A DNA stretch of 45,819 nt from Stramenopiles sp. TOSAG23-3. Taxonomy: Eukaryota. Location of the stretch: the NCBI GenBank assembly GCA_900128585.1, contig LT642170.1:1-45819 (forward strand), read 5' to 3'. The stretch's first letter is position 1. Every line of letters begins with the position of its first letter. The notes under the pieces were generated by a model. That model ran no database searches and had not been told where the DNA came from. It worked only from the letters and a program-made list of their open reading frames with translations. Below, in pieces: positions 11,418-21,017 of the stretch. A program made the position numbers and the translations under genes.

Positions 11418-12000
11418 ACAACCGGGCCAAACGGCTCAGTATCTATTAAATTGTGCATCCATGGTAGAAAGAACGATTTAAATGTTGTGAACCGTGCATG
11501 ACAATCATCTTTCTCTTCCTTCTCTCTCTTTTAAAATTGATTTACGAAACAAAGAAAGAAAGATCAAGAAAAGAAAGAAAAGAATGAAACAGATTGACAA
11601 AGAACAAAGAACAAATGACAAATGTGACAAAAATGACAATGATTTTTTATGAAATTTAATTTTTTTAAAAAAACATATTAGTATCTACTTATCCTTAAAC
11701 GATATTATTTACCTTAATTTAAATAAACCCTAATTCATAACATTAATTAAGAGAAATTAAAATTAAAATTAAAATTAAAATTAAAAAGAAACTCAACGTT
11801 ATTTTCTGTTATAATACTGTATAACTTATTAACTATAATATACTATTAGCGCCCTAATAAGATAATAATAAGTCTGGAGGAAGAAGAAGTAATTTATAGT
11901 CTGGAAGCTTTTTTTTTAAAAAAAGAAAAAGAAGTGCTGGAAGAAAGAAAGTGATAAAAGAAGTGCATTTCAATAGGCTTTTAGGTAGAACAGAGCAACT

Positions 12001-12002
12001 GA

Positions 12003-12042
<40 letters not shown>

Positions 12043-12064
12043 AAAAGAAGTAAGTAAGTAAGTG
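12001..12064 (+). repeat. (GAAA)n microsatellite followed by (AAGT)n
   Basis: Read directly from the sequence. Confidence 0.9.
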
Positions 12065-12534
12065 AGAACGAACGAACTAACCGTTATTTAATAAATTCAC
12101 AAACGAAAGGACGTTGCAACAACAATAATTAATACTGGAATAATGGGAACTTTTCATTTCTATCCAACAACAATTAAATTATAAAAACCACCCCGACGAC
12201 GACGACTGTTGTTAGCAATTTAATTACTTCATTCTTATTGGTCGTCTAACTACTACAACAAAACACGAATAATATCAAGAAGAAGAAGAAGACAAAGAAA
12301 CAATTAATTAATACAATAATAACAATTGTCACAAACACAATAATTTGGGACGCAAAAAAAGAATTGTAAGAGAACTTAAAAAAATTCACAGTCAAAAGGG
12401 AAAAATAAATCGAAACGAAACAAGCCAAGCAACTGAGAAGAAGCAACCAGCAAGGCGCCAAGTGTGTACTCGAACAGATCCCGTATTGGTAAGCACCCGG
12501 TGGCACGCTTATTTTCCAGAACGCTAGCGTGCAA

Positions 12535-14142
12535 ATGTCTGACAAAGGGTACAGCACAGCTCCCGCAAAAGTCGTCATCGACGAAGCGTTGATCTATGAC
12601 TCCCTGGAGATCGATTTTAAAGAGCTCGTTGACGAGGATGTCATGCAAGATCGTAAAGAGACCATGAAGGCCGAGAAGGCAGCAGTACAGGCGGCGCGCC
12701 GGGTCAAGCTGGACGAGCTCGAGAAGCTTCGTTTGTCCTACCGGGACATTTGCGAGATCGACAACTTGGAAGGCCTGTGCGCACTGTCGTACCTCAGTTT
12801 AGACAACAACAAGATACCCGAGATCGTAAACATAGACCATTTGGTCAACCTCACGTGGCTGGACCTCTCTTTCAACAAGATAACGGAGATCTCTGGCCTT
12901 GAGACGCTCGTCCGATTGAAAGACTTGACGCTCTTCAACAATGAGATCACGGAAATCAAAGGCCTGGGCACGCTGAAGGGGCTCCACTGCCTGTCCTTGG
13001 GAAACAACAATATTTCCTTGCTGGCCGAGATAGCGAAGCTCCGGGACTACACCGCACTGAAATCCCTCAGCCTGGAAGGGAACCCTGTGGCGAAAATGGA
13101 CGAGTACCGAGGGTTTACCCTGGCTCATTTAGACAGCATCGAGTTCTTGGACTACACGCTGGTCGACCCCGAGGAGGTAGGCGCGGCGCAGGAAACGTTC
13201 CAGGACGAGCTGATCATTTTGCAAGAGAAGGAGTCCATGGCAAAGGCAAACGCGGACAGGGACGCGATCAAAGCGGCGTACACGGCCAAATTGGTGCAGG
13301 CAAACATGGGTGTTGTGGAGACCATGTACAACGACATGTTTAAAGAAGACCAAGAGATGCACAAACTCATGGTTCTTCCAGGCATCAAGGAGCTCCTTGA
13401 AGACTACCAGGAACGGATCAACGACGCCGCCGAGGAGTTCAAGAACAAGGGGCTGGGGAAGTACAAGGAACGGTTCGAGGAGGAGCAGAACTTCGTAAAT
13501 TCCGTAGAGAACGCCCGCGTCCGCGCAGTAAAGGACTCGCACGATTTTATGAGGCCGTTGCTGGACTCAAAGAGCGAGCTAGTCACCCGCCTCCAGGAGT
13601 CCGAGGAGGACGAGCCCGATTTGTCGGACATCGGCGAGTTGATGGGCAGGGTAGATAGTTTGGTAGCCAAATTGATTTCAATCGAAGTGAGGCGCATGGA
13701 AGGCATCGAAAAAATAGCCAACATGTTTGAAAGCCGCGTCGGCGACATCCAGAAAAAGCAGCTAGAGAACCAGAACGAATTCTTCAGGGCGGTCGAAGAC
13801 GGCGAGGGAATATTCTCGGAGGCCTTGACCGAATTAGCAGAGAAACTTACCGCGGAAATGGAGGCCGACGAGTCTGAGAGTTTACCAGTAGAAGTAGCAG
13901 ACCTGCTTGGCGACAAAGACTCGCTGACAACGTCGATCCAAGGGTCAAACGACGTGCACATAGGAAAACTTCTCGGGGCAGAGGATGCGCTTCGGGCGAA
14001 CGAGATCGGCCACCTTGCAGGCATACTCGCGAAATTCAAATCGAACAAGTTCGACTCGAACAGGGCCCGCATCACAGAAATCAACCAGTTCAAAATGGAG
14101 TTCATAAAGGAATTGAAGGAGGTGAAAGAGGAATTTAGTTGA
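12535..14142 (+). CDS. DRC3: Dynein regulatory complex subunit 3 (LRRC48)
   Basis: N-terminal VIDEALI, SDS22-like LRRs (LRLSYRDICEIDNL, LSLDNNKI, LTWLDLSFNKITEISGL), LRR cap LEGNPV..YR..LAHL..LDY, long coiled coil, C-terminal NRARITEI. First ATG at 12535. Confidence 0.88.
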   Translation: MSDKGYSTAPAKVVIDEALIYDSLEIDFKELVDEDVMQDRKETMKAEKAAVQAARRVKLDELEKLRLSYRDICEIDNLEGLCALSYLSLDNNKIPEIVNIDHLVNLTWLDLSFNKITEISGLETLVRLKDLTLFNNEITEIKGLGTLKGLHCLSLGNNNISLLAEIAKLRDYTALKSLSLEGNPVAKMDEYRGFTLAHLDSIEFLDYTLVDPEEVGAAQETFQDELIILQEKESMAKANADRDAIKAAYTAKLVQANMGVVETMYNDMFKEDQEMHKLMVLPGIKELLEDYQERINDAAEEFKNKGLGKYKERFEEEQNFVNSVENARVRAVKDSHDFMRPLLDSKSELVTRLQESEEDEPDLSDIGELMGRVDSLVAKLISIEVRRMEGIEKIANMFESRVGDIQKKQLENQNEFFRAVEDGEGIFSEALTELAEKLTAEMEADESESLPVEVADLLGDKDSLTTSIQGSNDVHIGKLLGAEDALRANEIGHLAGILAKFKSNKFDSNRARITEINQFKMEFIKELKEVKEEFS

Positions 14143-14374
14143 AGGCAGAATTTTCACAGGTAAAAGGAGCGGGCGCGGTCAGGAAGAGAGGAGCAGCGCC
14201 TTCCTTAATCCCTGACAGTTCTTCGTGCACCAGCGGTAGAGTATTAAATAATTACAAGAAAAATTTGGCTGTTATTTTTTATAGTAAATAATTTATGCGC
14301 TGGCGTCTGTAGATACGGGCAAACCCTTGAACAATACAAAAAAATCGACCTCTTTTAAAATATTTGTATTTTAT

Positions 14375-15326
14375 TTAAATATAATATATATATTTTATAA
14401 GATTGGCTTCTTTTTGTGCTCGCTCCCCCTCCTCCGTGGGAATCGTGTTTCTCGCTACCGCCTTCCTCAGAATACTCTCAGCTCTACCCCTCGCCACGGG
14501 ACCGGCAGGCGCGGCTTCCCAGTTTTCGTCCAACAGAGTGTTCATTGCGCCGATCGCCATCGGGTCTTCCTCCACTGCCACCAGGGAAGCATTGACGACC
14601 TTGCCCTTCCGTTTCCGCCTTCGCTTCGGAGAGTACGAGCGGTCCTTTCTCCCAGACCTACTACACTCACAAAACGACTGCGCTTTCTTCGAAAAGTCCA
14701 CGGCACGCTAAGTTTTGGTCACGCTTTCCCGAAATTTTTCGTTTTCGTTGCCGAGAGCGAATATTTGCCGAAAGCCCTGCTGCCGTGAGGCGAAGGGCCT
14801 TGTCCAAACGATCTTCATTGTTTGCAAGCTGGTTCACACAACGGGTTATCTTAAGATTGGATAACAGCCGGTGCGTTTCACGGCGGGTCCGGCCATCTTC
14901 CCCGTCGCGAGCATATTCCTTTTCTAATCTTGCTGGCGACAACCCAGCTGGACTCCGAATCTGTGAGAAATGTTGCCTGCAGACAGGGCACACTTTTCTA
15001 ACCGTTCTTTTCTCTGCGGGCACCTTGCTGTCTTGGCACCGACGGACGAATTTCTCAAGGCAATCCATGTGAAAGACGTGCTTGCACGTGTGCAGCTTTA
15101 TCATGGGCTCGTACTCCACCCCACGTCTTCGACAAGGTCTGGCACGGTTTGTCGCCCCACACAGGCAAATTGGGCAAGTGTCAGTTTTGTCGAACTCTAC
15201 AATTTCGCGATGCCCAAGCTCTCGCCCTATATCTCTAATGTCATCTATGTGCAGTTCACGGCAAGCCCTTACGCTGTTCTCGTGCTGTCCATTCAAAGTT
15301 TGCGCTAAGATGGAACGAAAGCTCAT
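14375..15326 (-). CDS. RING-H2 finger protein; main ORF 15326-14667, probably continuing in the +1 frame to about 14375
   Basis: CPICL...LHTCKHVFHMDCLEKF...CPVCR. The GC-rich, protein-like frame 14701-14375 overlaps the end of the main ORF. The 3' boundary is uncertain. Confidence 0.7.
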
Positions 15327-15933
15327 CGTTTGCAAACAATGAACGCCCTGCCCCCCCCCCCCCCCCCCCCCGGCTGGTCCTAAATCGTTTCGTAAAACAA
15401 TTTGTTTTGCACACGTACACGTACAAACTTCTCTCTGATCAATCTAAACAAATGTCAAATTATGCTCGACTATAATCAACATTCAACACACATCATCGTT
15501 TTAAAAAAAAAGTCATTGAACATTTTTCTTGAATCGATAGAATCGATCAGGATAATAAAAATAGTTCTTTTGTCATTTATAGATATATACCATATCTCTC
15601 TCTTCCATATATTGTATTTTTTTTCCGTTACACAAAAAACACACATCATTTTTTAAAATTAATTAAATGAAAGAGTCAAAAGTTAATTAGTATACAATAA
15701 TTAATACTAAAAATATATGTAAACAAATAGGTAAAATATAATATTCAAAAGAGATGGGGGGTGGGGGTGGGGGTGGGGGTGGGTAATCTTAAAATAATGA
15801 CTGACTATATAAAGTATTTTAAATATATCTCGAATAGTATACACTAAGATCCAACAATGTGCAAGATTTCAGTAAGAATCTTATTTCCTCTCATTTTCTG
15901 TGTTGTACATTACAAAGGAATTATTTTTTAATT

Positions 15934-16915
15934 TCACGAAAATGCAGTGTTAACTTTTCCGCACAAATCTGCATATGCTTTGCAAACTACATGAATTTGA
16001 GCGTTAAATTGAGAAGGAGAAGGTTCAGCGTCTTTGGGACGTTGAAATACTGACGCAAAGTCAATTCCAACACATTTTGTCGCAATGCTTTTGCACTGTG
16101 CTGACAATGTTTTGTAATCGGCATTGAGTATGTCCAGAACAAACTTGGTAACGTCCAAAGGAGAAGCTACGTTGTGGCCAGTTGGAGTGCCCATGCCTTT
16201 TGAAGCTTTCGTCAACGAATTATAAATGTTTGTTATGGTGCGATCTGCCGATTCCGAATCTTCTTCTGAAATAATACATTGTGCTTCGCCAGAACCTCCC
16301 ATTGTAGCCGCACCAGTACATTTGCCATCGACCCATTGGCAAGATTTGCAACAGTACCCATTATCGTCACATATACCACCTGCTCGTGTACAAGCGTTAT
16401 CTGGAGTTGAATTGTGGGCGCCCGAACCAAACCACAAAGCAAGTGGTCTGGTGTCGGGGCACACGCTAGGTTCGTAGTCACAGTCTGGGCCAAAGTTCTC
16501 GCAGTCGTCCTGGTCAGTTTGCTCGTAACATGTCGCCGGAGGTTCTCCACTGTTATATTTAATTTCTTCGTTAATGGACCAGTCAACGGATTTTACGGTA
16601 TTAAATACTTTGGCGCCAGAGTCAAAGATGTCCTTCCATGCCTTAGGGTCAGTGTTTGCTTGCATTGCTTTAATGAGAGATGGGTAGATTGTCCCAGGCA
16701 CTAGTCCCGCGGCGCTCCCTGTGGAATGTGTTAGGAACACGATTATCACGGTTAAAAGTACCGTTGAGATAACTGCATTTAGAAAAACAGCCACGAGGAC
16801 CAGTTTCCAAACGCACGGACGGCACGATAAGTTGCCCACGGACACACTATTCTCAGTAGAAAGGCTGCGTTGGCGCCCCCCCCCCTTCGTTCACAAGTTT
16901 GTAGTTTTGTTCCAT
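15934..16915 (-). CDS. Single-pass (type II-like) membrane protein with a Cys-rich extracellular region, unknown function; apparent +1 frameshift in a G10 run near the start
   Basis: ATG at 16915 gives MEQNYKLVNEGGG. Dropping one G of the run at 16876-16885 continues RQRSLSTENSVSVGNL into ORF 16845-15934, which has a TM segment (LVLVAVFLNAVISTVLLTVIIVFL) and many Cys. Confidence 0.7.
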
Positions 16916-17365
16916 TTCTTATTGATGCGACGAGTAGGGAATGGCTGCTGCGAAATTAAATTGTAATTATTTTGTTTAAAGGATATAAAAAATTACCTTG
17001 TGTATAAGTACGAACCCAGAACGCATAATGGACTGCTTTTAATCTTTTGTAATAAATACATAGTCGTCTGTATAAATCACAATACATAACTTCTGCATAT
17101 GAAAAGGATGCATCCACTACTTCAACTCGTCGTCTATTCAATCATCATCACCCACTACTATTTTAATACTACTACTTCTTTTTTTTTTTACCCTACCTGC
17201 ATTCTTTCTTTATTTCTGCAAAAACAACACCCCCGAAAATAGTTAGTCTATATAATTTAATGCTGTGTTTATGTATATAATTTACAAGCGATGTGAAAAA
17301 AACAAAAGATACTCAATCTCTCAATAAAATATAATAATAAATAATAATCAATACTCGTACACATA

Positions 17366-17716
17366 TTCTTCTTTATTTTCTTCTTGTTCTTCTTCTTTCT
17401 TCTTTTTCTTCGTTCTTCTTTTTCTTCGTTCTTCTTTTTCTATCTTCTTTCTTCTTCTTTCTTCTTTCTTCTTTCTTCTTTCTTCTTTCTTCTTTCTTCT
17501 TTCTTCTTTTTCTTCGTTCTTCTTTCTCTTCGTTCTTCTTTTTCTTCGTTCTTCTTTCTTCTTCTTTCTTCTTCTTTCTTCTTTCTTCTTCTTCTTCTTC
17601 TTCTTCTTCTTCTTCTTCTTTTTCTTCTTTCTTCTTTCTTCTTTCTTCTTCTTTCTTCTTTCTTCTTCTTTCTTCTTCTTTCTTCTTCTTCTTTCTTTTT
17701 CTTTTATTTTTTTTTG
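17366..17716 (+). repeat. Long (TTC)n/(TTTCTTC)n polypyrimidine tract with recurring TTCGTTC variants
   Basis: Read directly from the sequence. Confidence 0.95.
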
Positions 17717-17910
17717 ACTCTCCTCTTCGTTTTGTGGTGTTCGTCGTATTTTGTATTTTATTATTTATATGAAGCGAGTCGACTATAAAGTATACTATTA
17801 ATATAGCTGTAAAGAATGAAATGTTCACTCAATACCACAAAAAGTTAACAACCAACGAAAATTTAGGATGGTCTTGTAGCTAAATAGAGAAAAAAACAAC
17901 CGCAGCAACA

Positions 17911-19119
17911 ATGTTTCGAAAAGTTCGTATTTTCTTCCCGTTCGTATGTTTGTGTGGCCTGGTGTGTGGACAAAGGTCTGCGACAATTTCGAACAAGGAG
18001 CCACGTAAAAGTACCGATGGGAACGTGTTAAATGCGCACAGTGGGACTATTGTGTACGTGAACGGCACCTACTTCATGTACGGGGAATATTATGGAAGGG
18101 GGCCTTACATAGTAACGGGGAACGAGCTTTTTCCAAAGCTCAGCGTGTACACGTCGACGGACATGGTAACTTGGAATTATGGTGGGCTTCTTCACAACAA
18201 CAGCAAGGGCGTGGAAGGGGCGCCACCGGTATGGTCCGAGTCGCCCCACTGGAAGTACCACCCGAAAGGCACGTGGTGGTCCCCGTCCGCCGTTTATGAC
18301 AAGCGATCGGACAGCATTATAATCTGGTTCAGTGCAAGCCCCGGGGAGTGCTGCTCGGCATACTTTGGTATTGCAAAGTCAAGGAATGGGGTCAATTTCG
18401 AGTTGGTTTCCCTGTCCGAAACACCAGCTACAAACGTGTCCGTGGATGGAAGTTCGGTTTTGATCGACGACGATGGGGAAGGGTATGTTGCGTACACCGC
18501 AATGGGTGTTCCCGGCCAAGACGCGCACGTTGTTGCAATCGATAAGCTCACGGACGACTATCTGGGGACTGCGAAAACTCAAGTAGGCAATTTTTTTCCA
18601 GACCCGTTCGTTGAAGGCGTTATGCTTTTTAAACGGAAGGGTGTTTACTACCTTTTGTATGGGTCCTGTTGCTGCGCCTGCAGAGAAGGCAGCGGCGCTG
18701 TCGTTCACATGGCGAAAGATATTGCCGGACCTTGGACAAGGCAACCTGGCGGAGACATGAACTGCAAAGCTGGGGAAGACGTGAAAGTGTGCGCGGGCAT
18801 GCCCGCTGGAGCCAAACGAGACCGGCCGACTGGTGAACTGATCATCAATGCCCAGGGAATCGGCCTGTCTGTCTTACCAACTTCTTCCACTGGAGAAGAA
18901 AATACGTATTTATGGATGGGAAGTCGGTGGCTGTCTGCACCGCACAATAACCCAAAATGCACGTCGCTCTGCAGCACGTGTGAACGAGACCATGGATTCA
19001 ATGGGTACGTACGTGGAAACGATTTTGAATATTGGATTCCCCTTGAATTCAATGACAAAACAGGATACGTTCATAAATTCAAAAACTTTGTCAATTCGTA
19101 TCAATTGGAAATCCCATAA
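17911..19119 (+). CDS. Secreted glycoside hydrolase family 43 (five-bladed propeller; GH43_24/exo-beta-1,3-galactanase-like)
   Basis: Signal peptide; DGNVLNAHSGTI..GTYFMYGE; VYTSTDMVTW; LIDDDGEGYVAY; VEGVMLFKRKGVYYLLYGSCCC; IAGPW; INAQ; YWIPLEF. The subfamily assignment is inferred from motifs only. Confidence 0.85.
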   Translation: MFRKVRIFFPFVCLCGLVCGQRSATISNKEPRKSTDGNVLNAHSGTIVYVNGTYFMYGEYYGRGPYIVTGNELFPKLSVYTSTDMVTWNYGGLLHNNSKGVEGAPPVWSESPHWKYHPKGTWWSPSAVYDKRSDSIIIWFSASPGECCSAYFGIAKSRNGVNFELVSLSETPATNVSVDGSSVLIDDDGEGYVAYTAMGVPGQDAHVVAIDKLTDDYLGTAKTQVGNFFPDPFVEGVMLFKRKGVYYLLYGSCCCACREGSGAVVHMAKDIAGPWTRQPGGDMNCKAGEDVKVCAGMPAGAKRDRPTGELIINAQGIGLSVLPTSSTGEENTYLWMGSRWLSAPHNNPKCTSLCSTCERDHGFNGYVRGNDFEYWIPLEFNDKTGYVHKFKNFVNSYQLEIP

Positions 19120-19656
19120 AATAAATCATCTATATATATATATGTGCACATGTGAGATGTGAGATCAGAAAATTAATAATTGTATAATATTTATTATAAA
19201 AAATACACGAGTAACAAACTACTTCTTCAAACTACCAACAATCATCTTATTACTTATATTAATTTATTTGTATTCTTTATATAGAGACAATCAATTACAA
19301 CCATTCATCGAATTTCCAAATTCAATCCTCCATACACACCACACTGTGTGGTGTATTATGGCTCTAAACTCTAAACCCTCTGAAGAAGAATGGTGGGGTA
19401 GAGCGAGTATCAAAAAAAAGGTATTACTTCTTGTTGGTGGTATTATAATCATTCCACCAATAAATAATAAAAAGTACTTTGACGACGGGAAATCTTTTTT
19501 TTTAAATTTATACTAGTACGGTACTATATATTAAAATTAACATAGAACAAAATGTTTTCTTTGGTTGAAAGGCTTTTAAAGTGTTGTTGTTGATCGCTTC
19601 ATATTTTTGTTTGTTTTTGTCTTAAATTATTTTAATTTTAGATCTAGTGAGAAACT

Positions 19657-20139
19657 ATGGGAAACAAAGGGTCGAAAGGCAAAGGGAAGAAGGGTGCGCC
19701 AACCCCAGCAAAAGCGCCAGCGGCGACGACGAAGCGTGTGGAGGAGCCAGTTAACTCGGAGCCGGTGATAATAGACAAGAACACGTTGGACGCCATCAAT
19801 AGTTCGGAAGCGGTACAGGAGGCCAGAAATGCCGCTGCGGAGACCAAAGAAAAGGCCAAGCGCGCTTCGGAACACGCGGACTCGGTCGTTGCGAAGACGA
19901 ACGAAGTTATTGCCGCCACCAAAGTAGCAGAGGAGAAGGCCGAAGAGCCCGCCGCCGCGGCGGCGGAGCCAGCAAAGGAAGCAGCAGTTGTTAGCCAGGC
20001 GAACCACCAGAAGGAGACGCCGCTCTCTGTTCCAATAGGACACACGACCTTTTCATGGAATTCCAAGGGCGAAAAGTGCCCCCTTGGCCATACCAATTTC
20101 TCGTATGGGAAAACGAACTGGGTGTCAGGTGTATTTTGA
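19657..20139 (+). CDS. Small Ala/Glu/Lys-rich protein with a probable N-myristoylation signal and a duplicated C-terminal motif
   Basis: GC-rich island with an ATG start; begins MGNKGSKGKGKK; C-terminal PIGHTTFSW/PLGHTNFSY. Confidence 0.75.
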   Translation: MGNKGSKGKGKKGAPTPAKAPAATTKRVEEPVNSEPVIIDKNTLDAINSSEAVQEARNAAAETKEKAKRASEHADSVVAKTNEVIAATKVAEEKAEEPAAAAAEPAKEAAVVSQANHQKETPLSVPIGHTTFSWNSKGEKCPLGHTNFSYGKTNWVSGVF

Positions 20140-20359
20140 AAAGGGGGTAATGTATCGGCGCGAATGCTGTCCTCTAAGTCGTACGAACGAAACAAAATTT
20201 ATTTTCAACACAAACGCAAACTCCGCTCTGTTTTGTGTTCATGTGTACGGTGTCAATGTGTGTATTAAAGTCATAATTGTTTTTGTTTCTAGGCATCCTT
20301 CTGCGCTGTCCACAGTACAATCAAATATCTTTCTATAAAAGTATACCCGTAATTCGTAA

Positions 20360-20559
20360 AGCATTCGTTTCTTGTGTGATGGTACTTTGGTATAATAATA
20401 ATAATAATATTTTTTTTTACCAACACTACTTCTTTCTTNNNNNNNNNNNNNNNNNNNNNNNNNNNNNNNNTTCTTCTTCTTCTTCTTCTTCTTCTTCTTC
20501 TTCTTCTTCTTCTTCTTCTTTCTTCTTCTTTCTTCTTCTTCTTCTTCTTCTCTCTCTCT
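20360..20559 (+). repeat. Second copy of the 79-nt sequence (20360-20438), N gap (20439-20470) and (TTC)n tract
   Basis: Read directly from the sequence. Confidence 0.95.
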
Positions 20560-21017
20560 AATAAAAAATAGCTGGTATTTAAATACCGGTATACATACAC
20601 ACAGTATTGTTTTTCAATAATTATTTCGTCCATCCTCCTTCCTCCTCTCTTCTCTCAAAGAACTCAAAAGATTAAAAAAAAAAAAAAAAAAGAAAGAAGA
20701 AAGAAGAAGAGTCAGCACAGCAAAATATTATATAAAAAAAATATATACCTACACACTACCTACACTACCTAAAATAATATAATAATCAATCAACAAAAAA
20801 AACAATAATAAAATTGAAAAATATCTTTCTCTCTTCTCTTTCCTATACATACCAACTTGAAAAATGTACATGCAACCATTTCAACGATAAAATGAAATAG
20901 ATTCCTTTTCTTTTCTCGCCATTCCTTTCTTTAGTACCAATGCTCTTCAAATAAATTTGATGAAAAGGCCCTTTCCAACATTATAGGATTCTTCCCTTCC
21001 GTTTTTTTCCTAAAACC

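Noticed and set aside
20137-20280. Possible Sec readthrough of other TGA stops (20139, 4590, 11417, 14142, 22724, 45186, 1154)
   Set aside because: I saw no SECIS-like hairpin downstream of any of them and no redox-motif context; 22724 is followed by a second TGA. A general UGA reassignment is also unsupported, because these TGAs end proteins at sensible positions.
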